This document shows positions 1-13,740 of a stretch of 64,000 bases of DNA, one piece after another (position 1 is the first letter of the stretch; the number at the start of each line of letters is the position of its first letter). This DNA comes from Octopus bimaculoides. Taxonomy: Eukaryota. Under the pieces are notes generated by a model. It was not told the origin of the DNA and made no database searches. It worked only from the letters and a program-made list of their open reading frames with translations. Position numbers and translations under genes: made by a program. The stretch is from NCBI RefSeq assembly GCF_001194135.2, contig NC_068989.1, forward strand, positions 88,220,236 to 88,284,235, given 5' to 3'.

Positions 1-82
1 GTGGTGGTATATACATGGTATATATATATGGTGGTATATAGAGAAAACTAACACATTCACATAAGCATATGTATAAACACGA

Positions 83-114
<32 letters not shown>

Positions 115-836
115 GCACACATACACACAAATACACCATTTCCACCCTGTGTTTCAGAACATGTAAAGGAAAAGAAAAAAAGAAAGAATTCAGGTACTCA
201 GCCAGACGTAAAGAGACAGGAAAGATGAGAGAGAGAGAGAAAGAGAGAGAGTTTGAAACATAGAGATTGAGAAAAAGATAAAAAGACAGAGACGCAAAGA
301 GAGGGGGGGAAGAGTTATTGATAGAGAGAAACAGAGAGAGAGGAAAAGAGAGAGAGAAATAGGAGAAAGAGGTAAGCAGACAGAAAGACAGAGAGAAAGA
401 GATAGGACGTGTTTGTCGTGTGCATAAGGAAAAGGAAGACAACAAGAATGCATGTAGATAGTGCAGCTGCACCAGACAGAAATGGCTAAAGTGCATGTAG
501 CATGATAACAACAGAGATGAAGAGACATTCAAGTGCAGAAATGCTAGCAACCTACATACGTGTATAAGAGTGTGCATGCATATATATATCTATGTGTGTG
601 TGCGTGTATGTATATATATATATATGTATGTATGTATAAATAAATATACACACATACATTCATACAGACTCTCACACACATATGTATATACATGTACAAA
701 CACAGGCATACACCAAAACATGACTTGCACCATGGGAACACACAGAGGTGCAGCAGTTTATCAGCAGTGACAGAAACTGCATCTGATTGCACAGATTGAG
801 AGTGAGTGGGGAGGGGAAGTAGGAGAAGGAATGAGC

Positions 837-871
<35 letters not shown>

Positions 872-1296
872 TGTATATATACATTGACAAACGTATACAC
901 TTATACATACATATGTACACATATTCACATTGTTGTTCCCTATCCCCACCCATGTCAGCATAGGCTGCGGAGAGGGAGCATTTTTTTGAGGCAGGATTTT
1001 ACAGCTGGTAGCTCTTAGAGACACCATCCATTTATTCACCTTTGACAAAACAATGCACCTATTCTACCACACTCACCCATACACATGTATACATAAACAT
1101 ACATACATGTAGACACACACACACAAAAACATATATATATGAATACATGAATAAACACTCACACTCACATATATATACACATATCATACACACATCCATA
1201 TATATAAACACATGCATACATATCTATATAGACACACACACATACATACACCCATATTTACACACACACATGCATATACATATATATATATATATC

Positions 1297-1627
1297 GTAG
1301 CACTCCGTCAGTTATGATGTGGGTTCCAGTTGATCCGATCAACGGAACAGCCTGCTCATGAAATTAACGTGCAAGTGGCTGGGCACTCCACAGACACGTG
1401 ACAAGGCTGGCCCCTTTGAAATACAAGTACAACAGAAACAAGAAGAAAGGGTGAGAGAAAGTTGTGGTGAAAGAATACAGCAGGGTTCGCTACCATCCCC
1501 TGCCGGAGCCTCATGGAGATTTAGGTATTTTCGCTCAATAAACACTCACAACGCCCAGTCTGGGAATCGAAACAGCGATCCTATGACTGCAAGTCCACTG
1601 CCCTAACCACTGGGCCATTGCGCCTCC
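1297..1627 (-). mobile_element. SINE family D (tRNA-like head; tail ..aactggaacc..gacggagtgc)
   Basis: Highly similar to 33279-33662; head ggcgcaatggcccagtggttagggcag..ggatcgctgtttcgattcccagact. Confidence 0.85.
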
Positions 1628-2054
1628 CCATATATATATAAACATATGAATACATGACTAAACACACACACACACACATATACATATATATCATACACAC
1701 ATACATGTATAAACATCCATATACCTTCATCCATATATATAAACACATGCATACATATCTATATACAGACGCATGCACACACATACACATTACTATCATT
1801 TTACTTCAGCTTTCCCTGCTGGCATGGGTTGAATGGACCATCATGCCCATATCATTTCTTAATCGGGCCACTGCTTCTATAGACTGGTTCCCGAATGCCC
1901 TGCCCTTCTTTATGCCGAACCCTTTATAGGGTGCACTGGCTGCAATTTCTTATGGCATCAAAAGTTGGAATAGTTCTCAGAAACAGGACTAAAGGACTTC
2001 ACAGCCCTGTGCAAACGTATGCACACAAGCACCATAAAGGTGCATATGTGTGTG

Positions 2055-2392
2055 ACTGTGGTAAGAAGTTTGCTTCCTAACCACATGGTTCTGGGTTCAG
2101 TCCCACTTTGTGACACCTTGGGCAAGCGTCTTCTACTATAGCCTCAGGCTGATCAAAGATTTCTGAGTAGATTTGATAGATGGAAACTGAGAGAAGCCTG
2201 TTATATTATATCCAAGTGTGTGAGTTTAGGTCTCCATAACAGAGCAATTCAGCAAAAGAGACTGATAAAATAAGTCCCAGGCTTGAAAAACAAAAAAGTA
2301 ATAGGGTTGATTCATGCAACTAAAAATCTTTGAATGCAGTGCCCCAGCATGGCCACAGTTTAATGGCTGAAACAAGTAAAAGATAGAAGATA
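2055..2392 (+). mobile_element. SINE family A (tRNA-like head, CORE-like ccttgggcaag box)
   Basis: tgtggtaagaagtttgcttcctaaccacatggttctgggttcagtccc..ccttgggcaag..gaaacaagtaaaaga; the same consensus recurs more than 15 times in the window. Confidence 0.85.
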
Positions 2393-2664
2393 CGAACTCA
2401 CATCCAACTACGAATCTCCATGAGAGACACAAAACCATGTACACATACGCCTAATGTCATCCTCAGAATAAATGTACTTCTATGTTGTCATTGCATGTAC
2501 TAGAAATAGAAGCCAAATTCCCCTCAGAATACATCGTATTATCCGAGAAAAGAAAGACACTGGATAATGTAGTCTAAGACATATAAAACGGTTGGACGAT
2601 TGATGGTGGGGTGAATTTGATCACAGGTGTGCAACATCACAACAATAATAAAATGCTTTATGTT

Positions 2665-2850
2665 ATAGGCACAAGGCCTGAAATTTAGTGGAGGAGACTG
2701 GTTGATTACATTGATCCCCAGTGCATAACTGGTACTAATTTCATCAACCCTGAGAGGATAAAAGGCAAAGTCAACCTCAGCGGAATTTGAACTCAGAACG
2801 TAAGAGCAGACGAAATACCGCTAAGCGTTTCGCCTGGCGTGCTAATGATT
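2665..2850 (-). mobile_element. SINE family B
   Basis: Reverse of gagctggcagaatcattagcacgccaggcgaaacgcttagcggtatttcg..gagttcaaattccgc..actttgccttt..aggccttgtgcct. Confidence 0.85.
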
Positions 2851-3223
2851 CTGCCAGCTCCATACCTGACACAACAATAATATCAATTACAATACATTCA
2901 CACACACACACACACACACCAATATCTATAAATACATACAAATACATACCAAACATAGAGGAACATACAGGAAAGCATGTAGGACACACACACACACACA
3001 GAGTGCACTAGTTGTGAGAATTGGGGGAAAATGTTATGTTGTAATGTGTGTGCATTTGTAAAGAGTGAGGACAAAGCTGACAATTATCACACCCATCATC
3101 ATCATCATCATCATAACCATCAGAAAAATCATCATCATCACCATAACCAGCATCATTCTGATCTTCTTCCTCATCACCACCACCACCACCACCACCACCG
3201 ACCAGCACCACTGTCATTACACA

Positions 3224-3260
<37 letters not shown>

Positions 3261-3525
3261 TCTAGAGATCTCCTCATTGCCTAAGACCAGGCAACATTGT
3301 TATGCAATGAACTTCCTCCTCTAGCAGATATCTGCCTCGCAGTTTTATTATTGATATTGTTATTAATGACATAATTGTTAGTTATGTGAGAGAGAGAAAG
3401 AGAGAGAGAGAGGGAGAGAGAGCATAAGGGGAAATTAAAAAGAGAGAATGAAAGATAGAGAGAAAGAAAGAGAGAAAGCATAAAGCGAAATAAAAAGAGA
3501 ATGAAAAGAAGAAGGAGAAAGAAGA

Positions 3526-3583
<58 letters not shown>

Positions 3584-4223
3584 GGAGACAATAGGCATAA
3601 GTGACAGCATGAATGCATGTGGGTGTATATGTATTTGTGAGTTGCATGCATGTGTATGTACGTAATAGTTTTCTGTGTGTAACATGTAGCAGTAATGATC
3701 TCAATGCCACACTACATTGTGTAATAAAGGGTTTCTAACAAAGTCATAAAGCCGCAAATTTTGTAGTAAGATGATAGCTGATTATATTTGATCTCATATA
3801 CTTGACCAGTCAAATGGTGGTCAATTGGAAGAAAGGCTACAGTGTTGCACAAATGTATTGTACTATTTAGTTTTGTGATTTCTCTTCTGATTTCAAATCC
3901 AGTCAAGTTCAAATTTGTCTTTCATCCTTGCAGGTTTGATAAAATAAAATATCAGCTATAGTCCCAGGATCGATTCTCTATCTGTCTGTCTGTTTATCTA
4001 TCTGTCTATCTATCTATCTATCCATCCATCCATCCATCTAGCTATCTTTTTTTTTTTCCCCTGATCCTTTTTGATCTGAATTTTACTTTTTTTTTTACTT
4101 ATTTTTCCCCTTTTCTTCATTTTCGAAAAGAAAAGCTCTTCATTTGTATTTATCCCCTCTGTGTTCAGCCCTGTGTGGCCAATAAAGAAATTTATCTATC
4201 TATCTATCTATCTATATCTTTCT

Positions 4224-4259
<36 letters not shown>

Positions 4260-6887
4260 GAACCCATTGCACCACACTGAAAGATGGGCATGAGGGAGCA
4301 ATTATAGTGCACCCATCCTCCTCAAAACAACCGCTTTTATTTCACTGCAGCAGAAGAATGCAGTGACAGGGCTCTGGCAATGATAAGGATGAGGACCTGG
4401 TTAATGTTTATTCAATCCACATAAGAAAGCTGGAAAACAAATTCTGCTACGATGGGATTCAAACTCAATGTACAAAGCTCCAAATGTAGACGACAACCAA
4501 CAACCATCACAATAAACACCACTCCATTTACACAAACACATTTTTCTTCCTTCACTTCTCTAAAACTGGTTCACCAATGTTACATGCAACACCAACAACA
4601 TTGTTAAGTATCAGACCTTATATACCACACTGCTTTGCATCACTCCCCCGTCCTGAATGTCTTTGGTAGCATTTATTCTGTTGCAAGCATTCAACCCAGA
4701 TCCCATAGAGTTGAGGCCTCAAGCTGGCTGTCGGGGGGCTCTATCAGTACCACCAGTGTGACAGGGTGTAAAATGGCTATACCCCGTATCCCTCTTCCTT
4801 TACTAACTTCAACAACATTTAACATCCCCTTTTTCCATGCTGGAACCAACAAGCCAAAAGGGTTGCATGAAGTTCTCATGTTTCCTTCCGCATGATTTCT
4901 GCAGCTAGATGCCCTGCCTAATGCCAGCCACTTTTATAGAATGTACTGGGTGCTTTTTTTTTTTTTTTGAGGCACTAACACTAGCGAGATCACCAAGATG
5001 AGACCCCTTAACCCATTACCTCCCATACTTCTATTAAGTGGAATTTTTTTATGTAACTTTGATTTCTAGCATAAAACAGCCTTAGAAACACGCTGGAATG
5101 ATCAAAATAACATTTCAAATAGAAATAAGCGAGATATTGAGTGAAAAACTAGCAAACCTCATTTGAATATCAGAGAAATATACCTAGTAGATATAGCAAA
5201 AAGGTTAGGTATGTGTAAATATTGACAGATAATTACGAAATTTGTAATTTTTAAGTGATCTCATACGAGATCACTGGTAGGTAATGGGTTAACTGAATGG
5301 AGTATAGTATTAAAAGATGTGAATGTATGATAGAGGAACAGGAATAGGTGTTCTGTCAAGAGAGATGAGTACAAAGTTTGCCCCAGGATGAAATAAAAGA
5401 ACACCTGGAATCCACCCTTCCACACCCTTTGCAGGAAGACTGGGCTGAGCAAGCTTGGTCTTCTTTAACAAATATGCACATTTTATTTTAAAGTAACTTG
5501 ATTCATCATCATCATTTAATGCCCATTTCCCATGCTGGCATGGGTTGGACAATCTGACAGCAGCTTGTAAGGCCAGGGGCTGCACCAGGCTCCACTGTCA
5601 ATTCTGGCATTGTCTGTTTCTACAGCTGGATGCCCTTCCTAATGCCAACCACTTTACAGAATGTACCGAGTGCGTATTACTAGTGCTTTATATGTACCAA
5701 TGCTTTTTACATGACACAGTCAATATGCTTGCCTTTCTAGTTTTTGTTATTTAGAGTAATCTGAACACCAAAAAGTTAACCGAATTCCCTCGGTAACTAG
5801 TCACACTTTAACACTTCTAGTAACTTTATAGCTTGGTTTATCAATTTGATATCTCTGTACTTGCCTCTCTCAAGAACATCAACTTCAACCTTGCAGTAGT
5901 TGATGATGATGATGATGATGATGCTGTGCTTGTCATTGGATATGACACCTTCCTGTACTATTTTATTTACAAGTAACTAGTGAAGGAGGGATACAGCCTT
6001 CACTAACGAAAAACTTAGAATTCACAATTAACCATCAATCCCATTTTTTTCTGATGAGTATAATGTCTATCTGGATTGTGTTCATCTGACTGGTAAGTGA
6101 TGAAGTGATGCGTTGGCTTCCTGCAGTTAATTTTTGTAATGATTTCATCATGAACATCATCATTTAACGTCCATCTTCCATGCTGGCATGGGTTTGATGG
6201 TTTGACAGGACCTAGCAAGGTAAAGAGCCACACCAGGCTCCACTTGTCTGTTCTGGCACAGTTTCTATGGCTGGATGGTCTCTTCCTAACACCAACCACA
6301 TTACAGAGTGGACCAAGTGCTCTTCACATGGCATCAGCACCAGTGAGGTTTGTTTTGGCATGGTTTTTACAACTGGATGCCCTTCCTAACACCAAGGTAC
6401 AAAAGCTTGTGTGGTCAACACTTCTCATGTGGTCACCAATTTAATGGTCAGGGTTTATTTGAGGGAGACCATGGATAGAGTCAAACAGCTACACAGAAGC
6501 TTGTGAGGTCATCACTTCTTGTAAGGGTCACCACCTTAAAATTGGTAGGGGTTAATAAGGTTTATTTAAGAGCAAACTTGGATGCTATATGGAACAGGAA
6601 AAACTGTTATACAGAAATATCCTTGCTGGACACATAAAATATTATTCCTGTTGATGCTACTAGTTTTCTATTTTTGTGTTGTTTGTTTTTTTCTTCTTCC
6701 AGTTAACCTTCTCCTTCAATGACAATGATAAATGGTCAAGACAAGAGCAAAAGAAACCAATACACACACACACACACGAATGGTAGCTAAATAATTCAGA
6801 CTTACACCCACCACTGAAGTGACTGACATTATTTTATCCAGTGTTTCAAATACAATTTTGATGTTCTGGAATATTTTATCACAAAAC

Positions 6888-6940
<53 letters not shown>

Positions 6941-7454
6941 TACCCAAAGACACCCACAACACACTGGAACACACACACAGAATACATCACGAACACATGG
7001 ATACACATCACATTAACACTATACCACACACAAATACACAGGTTGGAACCACAAAGCACCGAGTATGGTGGCAGAGGTGGTGGTAGCGGTGGTGGTGGTG
7101 GTGGTGGTAGTGGTATCAGATGAAAATATTGAAGAGAGAGAGAGAGAGAGAGAGAGGGGGAAAGCTACAGCCTAAAGGTAAGGAGGACAATTGGTAGTGC
7201 TACAATGTCATCATAGCTAAACAACTGCAATGTTTTTAAAGACATGCATCTTAACTGCAGCTTCACACACATACACATACAACAGTGCTGCAATCACTTA
7301 ATTTACAGCACAGACAATAGCAGCAGCAGTCCAGAACACACACACACACACACGTGTGTGTGTGCATTTGTCTGTATGTTTGCGTATGTGTGTCACCTCT
7401 GTTCTTTCTCATACACTTGAATATTCCATACATGCATGTATACATGTGTGTATG

Positions 7455-7459
7455 TATAC

Positions 7460-7493
<34 letters not shown>

Positions 7494-7562
7494 ATATACA
7501 TATATACATATCTATATATATACATATCTATATATATATACATATCTATATATATATACATA

Positions 7563-7629
<67 letters not shown>

Positions 7630-7675
7630 CTATATATATACATATCTATCTAGCTATTTATCTATATATATATAA
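7455..7675. repeat. (TA)n microsatellite with 18-bp higher-order catatc interruptions
   Basis: Direct reading. Confidence 0.95.
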
Positions 7676-7934
7676 CCACAATGTTTAGCACTGGCTGTGG
7701 GTGTTTTGTGATAGAAATTCTTCACCACTCCAATATATAAGGGTGTATTTAACACATGCAACACACATATATATACACCCAGCTACTATGTCTTATGTGT
7801 GTGCCAGAATTTTGTGGGTGAGCGTCTTATGTTCCTCACACATGGATGAGTGTATATAACGCATGTATACAGCCTTAGTGTAAATATCAAGTGAATTAGA
7901 GCATGGTTAGCAATTGTGTGTGTATGTATAGAGC

Positions 7935-7978
<44 letters not shown>

Positions 7979-8038
7979 CAAATAAAGAGATACTTGACTT
8001 CTTTGACTTGCAGCATGTTTAGTAGTATGCATGTGTAT

Positions 8039-8082
<44 letters not shown>

Positions 8083-8176
8083 GTATGCTTATTTAACCTA
8101 AGTGTGTTACAACGTATTTAGTTCAGTTTGTTTGTGTGTACAAGACAGAGTAATTTGGCAACTCTGTGTGTATGCA

Positions 8177-8216
<40 letters not shown>

Positions 8217-8399
8217 ACTGTGTTCAACACCATATATGTATGCATGTATGTGTTTCAAATTATGTGTATGAGTGTACTGTGTGTGATTATAAGTGTGCAT
8301 ACATATGTGTGTGTATGTGTTTATAGTGATTTTGTAAGCTTCTGACAGTGTTGTTGGTGTAAAAATTGCTTAGTTAACAGGAAGCTGGAAGTTAAAAAT

Positions 8400-8660
8400 A
8401 GAGAGAGAGAGAGAGAGAGAGCTAGAGAAAGGGACAGGAAGACAGACAGAAGGACAGAGAGAGAGAGAGAGAGCTAGAGAAAGGGACAGGAAGACAGACA
8501 GAAGGACAGAGAGAGAGAGAGAGAANNNNNNNNNNNNNNAGAGAAAGGGACAGGAAGACAGACAGAAGGACAGAGAGAGAGAGAGAGAGAGAGCTAGAGA
8601 AAGGGACAGGAAGACAGACAGAAGGACAGAGAGAGAGAGAGAGAAACAGACAGACAGATA
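8400..8660. repeat. Tandem repeat of about 58-60 bp containing (GA)n
   Basis: gagaaagggacaggaagacagacagaaggacagagagag occurs four times; small gap inside. Confidence 0.9.
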
Positions 8661-9009
8661 GACAGAGAGAAATAGATATATATAGAGAGAGAGGGGGAGA
8701 GAGAAGGGGAAAGAGAGAGACAGAGAGTAAAAGGGGTTTAACTGGCTAATAACACAAGAGGCATTGATGTAACAACAAATGCACACAAGAGGATATGCAA
8801 AGTGCATTGGCGTAAGGAGGGAAAAGTGAATGGTTGCATGTGGTTCAGAAGGGAGGAGAAGCTAAGGCCGGCGTTGTTAACAGGTGGCCATTGATAACAG
8901 ACCAAATGAGCCAGCACAATTTTTCTTTTGCCTGTTTCGGCCTGAGTGGGACGGTGTCCATTTTGGCTGGGTCTTTCTTCCTTTCACACACACACACACA
9001 CACGTATAT

Positions 9010-9770
9010 ATATATACACAATTTGCACCGAGTATACATACACAATTTGCATCAACACATACAACATATACACATACATGCACATGTGTACATACACAAT
9101 TTGCACCAATGCACAGACACACACACACACAACTATACACATATACATACACAAATTCCACGAATGTGCATACACACACACACACGAGTATACACGTATA
9201 CATACACAATTTGCACCAATGCACACAGACACATACACACGAGTATACACACACAATTTGCATGAATGCATACAACCACACACATGTACATACACAATTT
9301 GCATCAACACATACAACCACATGTGCACATACATGATTTGCACCAACGCACGTACATAGACACACACACACAAGTATACATATATACATACACAATTTGC
9401 ATCAACACATAACCACACATGCACACACACACACACAAACCTTGAGGAAACACACTGACAAAAATGCAACAACATACACACGTCTACATAAACATACAAA
9501 CACAAGTGTACATAGATACATACACAATTTGCATCAAACACATACAACCACACACACACACACAAACATGCAAGAAACATACACTGACAAAAATGCAACA
9601 ACATATACACAGAAACACATGCAGATAACATACACACATATGGACATAGACAAAAACGCAGTAACACACAAACACACAGACACACACATGCAGTAAACAC
9701 AAATATAAACACACACCTGCAGTAACACACATGCAGAAGAACAAAGTGCAGACATACAAACACACACAGG
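9010..9770. repeat. Compound CA-microsatellite array punctuated by acacaatttgca and gacaaaaatgca motifs
   Basis: About 9 copies of acaatttgca in 9017-9535, then gacaaaaa(t/c)gca three times. Confidence 0.85.
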
Positions 9771-10084
9771 GACAAACATACACGCACACAAGCACGCATT
9801 TGCAGTGAACAACCTCTGAAGTTCACTGCATGATTGCAGCTTCTCTCAACGCCACCTCCTCCTCCTCCTCCCACACATCATCATCATCATCATCTGTTGC
9901 CTCCTCCTCCCCCTATTCTTTCCGTTCTCTCTCAGACCCTCCCCTCTTCCATCTCCACTCCCACCTCTCTATTGCCTTACCAATTTTACAATTTGCTAAA
10001 GAATGTGAAATAGTTACACAAAGAGATTGATACAGCAAGAGAAACACACACACACACACAGAGGACTTCTGAATGGTCATTTGA

Positions 10085-10345
10085 CCTGCTAGAAATAGCA
10101 GGCCAGATCTCCCCTAAATATATACTCAACAGTATAAAAAAGAACGAAGGACACATTATATAATGTAGTTATAATAAATACCAAGTCTGGCAAAAAGAAA
10201 TAAAAAAAATTAAATAAACATGGCTGCAACATCTTTGACCATAAGGTTGCTGGATGGATCAGGGCTAACCTGGGGGTGGAGATGCTAACCAAAGACCTAA
10301 ATAGGAACAATAAATAATGTAGTCCTAGATATACTATGACAATAC
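10085..10345 (+). repeat. Dispersed repeat family E (ctgctagaaatagcagccaaatctcc..ggataatgtagtc), class unknown
   Basis: The motif recurs near 2495-2580, 14275-14350, 21695-21925, 31620-31730, 41085-41480, 46220-46250, 50345-50500, 52040-52060 and 54190. Confidence 0.7.
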
Positions 10346-10779
10346 CTTCATGGCTGGATTGTCTTTGATTGTAGGTCTGCTCAATGGCTTCAAATTTTGG
10401 TACAGGGCCAGCAGTTTTTGAGGCGGGGGAGGGGGGGGGGTTGATTGCATTAACCCCAGTACTTGATTGCAACTTATTTTTATTGGGCCCCCAAAAGGAT
10501 GAAAGGCAAAGTTGACCTTGGCGGAATTTGAGCTCAAATCATGAAGACGGATGAAATGTCATAAAGCATTTTGTCCAGAGTGCAAAATGGTTCTGCCAGG
10601 ATGCTGCCTTTGTGCATAGGTCACATAACAACAAGAACATACACATGCATACATTCTTCTGTGTTGATGTGCCCAGATTCTAATGAATCCTATAACAAAT
10701 ATCCCCCCCCCCCTGTATATATAGTATTAATAATGGTCAGGAGAAGGGAGATTTTTCACATCTGAAATGTTATTAAACA

Positions 10780-11040
10780 GTTATTTACAGCATTCTTCAG
10801 TGGACCTACATGTGTTTCAACTGCATCAACTGCACACTGTAAGGTGCACAATTTGGCGTCATTTTTTATGCAGTTTCCTCAGGATCCATTATTTACTGCC
10901 ATATATAGACAATCCAAACAAGAACAAGCAAGAAAAAACAACAATGCGAGGAACAAGTTATTGAAGACTCAGGAAAGCAAAGAAAAGAAAGAGGATTTCA
11001 CGTTTCAAGCGGAGCTCTTCATCAGAAATATAGAAAAAGG
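10780..11040 (-). mobile_element. Penelope-like-derived repeat fragment carrying decayed hammerhead-like motifs
   Basis: Minus strand reads ATTT-CTGATGA-AGAGCTCCGCTT-GAAACGTG-AAAT (11029-10995), plus permuted half-sites GAAACACATGTA..CTGAAGA near 10820-10795. Confidence 0.35.
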
Positions 11041-11110
11041 CCAAAGAAGGGAAGACGGAGAAAGAAAATCGCCAATGATACATGCACGGTCACATATTGA
11101 AAATATATAT

Positions 11111-11490
11111 TATTCTTTTACTTGTTTCAGTCATTTGACTGCAGCCATGCTGCAGCACCACCTTTAGTTGAGCAAATCGACCCCGTGACTTATTCTTTGG
11201 AAGCCTAGTACTTATTTTATCGTTCGCTTTTGCCAGACTGCTAAGTTATGGGGAAGTAAACACACCAGCATCGGTTGTCAAGTGACGGTGGGTGAACAAA
11301 CACAGACACTCAAACATATACATATATACGACGGGCTTCTTTCAGTTTCCGTCTACCAAATCCACTCACAAGGCTTTGGTCGGCCCAAGGCTATAGCAGA
11401 AGACACTTGACCAAGGTGCCACGCAGTGGGACTGAACCCGGAACCATGTGGTTGGTAAGCAAGCTACTTACGACACAGCCACTCCTGTGC
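11111..11490 (-). mobile_element. SINE family A, near full-length and CpG-rich (young)
   Basis: Reverse complement of the family A consensus from head (gcacaggagtggctgtgtcgtaagtagc) to tail (aaacaagtaaaagaa). Confidence 0.9.
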
Positions 11491-12176
11491 ATATATATAT
11501 ATATATTCACACACATATAGGAAGAAGAGCACAAGACTGAAATACCAATAATACACCAACTGTTTGCATGTCGGCACTTAGGTCAACTTATTGTTGCAGT
11601 CATTGCTCTTGATGTAGTAGTAGTAGTAGTAATAGTAGTAGTAGTAGTAGTAACAGCAGCAGCAGCTGTTGTTGTTGTTAGTGTTGTTGACTAGCTGGTT
11701 GAATTTAGCCTATGATAGGAGGCCAGCAAGTTAATATATCACTCACTCCAAAGAACCACCCAACAAGGCAATTACACTTTAAAAAAACAACAAAAAAACA
11801 AGTTTATTTAACACAGAAACACAGAGTTCTGTCTTTAAGTGACACACACACACATAGATACGTGTGTGTGTGTGAGTGTGTGTTTGGGTGGGTGTGCACA
11901 TGCAGTCTTTCTCCTGGGTCTCTCTTCAGAAGATTTCTGCTCAGACAGAACCACTTTCCAATTCAGAGACAAGGTTCCATTTCTTCATCGGTGTTCACTC
12001 ATCAACGCATGTGATGTGTGGGGGGGGGGGACTGGTTTCTAACCTATATATATATATATACACATACACACACACATGTATGTGCGTTTGCAAATGTATG
12101 CAAGTATATGTAAAAAGATATGTGTGTGTTTGTGTGCATGGAGACATTGGAATTGGTTTCTAGCATAAACATTCAT

Positions 12177-12213
<37 letters not shown>

Positions 12214-13042
12214 GTATGTATGTAAATGTGGGTGCATGCGTTTGAATACATATACATAAGTGTCAGCATATGTATGCAAATAGATATGTGTGTGTAGGCA
12301 GTAGAATTAGTCACTAGCCATAAATATATATATATATACATATATACATGCATGCATGAATGTGTATAAATGTGTATGTAGGCAGAAGAATTTGGTTTCC
12401 AGCCTGTGTGTGTGTGTGTGTGTGAGAAAGAGAATTGGTTTCTAACCAAGAAACAAGACTGCATCACTGGAATATTTATTTAGCAACAGAGCAAAGTGTT
12501 ACAAGTCGACAGTTAGAAAAATCTTGCATGTTTTGACTGTTCCGCTTACAAAATAAATTTGCAACAAAAATTATCTCTCCCNNNNNNNNNNNNNNNNNNN
12601 NNNNNNNNNNNNNNNNNNNNNNNNNNNNNNNNNNNNNNNNNNNNNNNNNNNNNNNNNNNNNNNNNNNNNNNNNNNNNNNNNNNNNNNNNNNNNNNNNNNN
12701 NNNNNNNNNNNNNNNNNNNNNNNNNNGAAACAGGATTAGCAGGGTGGATGTGAGGGTGGGGGGTGATGGTGGCCGTGGAGGGAGGTACACGGGTGCACAG
12801 TAAATGTGTGCGAGTGTGCTGGTCTGCGTGTGTGCGTATACACAATTTTGGATGTTACTGTAAATTAAATATACCGTTGCTGTACATGGATGCATACATC
12901 CCTACAACAATTGTGTGCGTATGTGTGTTAAACCTACACAACACCTTCTGTATGTATAATGCACATGTGTGTATGTTCACATATACATATATATATATAT
13001 ATACATAACTGAATGTTTGTGTGTGTGTGTGTGTATGTGTTC

Positions 13043-13078
<36 letters not shown>

Positions 13079-13635
13079 GTCACTATATACATAACTGTAT
13101 GTGTGTGTGTGTGTATGTGTATGTGTGTGTGTGTGTGTGCACTAGAAGAGTGTGGAGGAGGGGCATGAGAAGCAAAGAAGAGAAGGAAGGAAGGACAAGG
13201 GGAAAATTAAAGAGATTTGGCAGGAATGCAGTTTGTAGCAAGTCTGGAACACACAGACACACTCTCATACACACAAGCACACACACACACACATGCACAC
13301 AGAGTTTCATACAAATACTGAGAGATACACACACAGCACCAGCACACACACACACACACACATACATGTATATATACAGTCTCACAGAGGTACAGGGACA
13401 CATAAGCGAACAGCCATACACATACTTACACAAAATAAAATAAAGGAAACTAAATTGAAATAAACAGGTTGTTGTATTGAGTTTCATATCAGTGGTAAGT
13501 CCAATGGCAGAAGTCAGATATAGAGAGGGAATGGGTGGTGGCGGTGGTGTAACAGAGTATAAGAGGAAGAGAGAGAGAGAGAGAGAAGAAGGGAGGCAAC
13601 CGGAGAATGCTCTATATATAAAGATATAATACATT

Positions 13636-13646
13636 ATGCATATATG

Positions 13647-13740
<94 letters not shown>
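13636..13740. repeat. Long (TA)n microsatellite
   Basis: Direct reading. Confidence 0.97.

Noticed and set aside
1560-1627. tRNA-like A/B boxes in SINE heads
   Set aside because: No complete cloverleaf; they continue into SINE bodies, so no tRNA gene was called.
1895-2080. ORF ending HKHHKGAYVCDCGKKFAS, resembling a C2H2 zinc finger
   Set aside because: The CGKKFAS part is the SINE A head (tgtggtaagaagtttgcttcc); there is no complete finger and no splice signals.
7263-9874. Long [12 protein letters not shown] ORFs here and throughout the window
   Set aside because: These are dinucleotide microsatellite translations.
10790-10830. Minus-strand GAAACACATGTA-ggtcca-CTGAAGA permuted hammerhead
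   Set aside because: Stem I cannot form and the stem II pairing is poor.
11901-11931. CTGAAGA..GAAA on the minus strand
   Set aside because: No stem II pairing.
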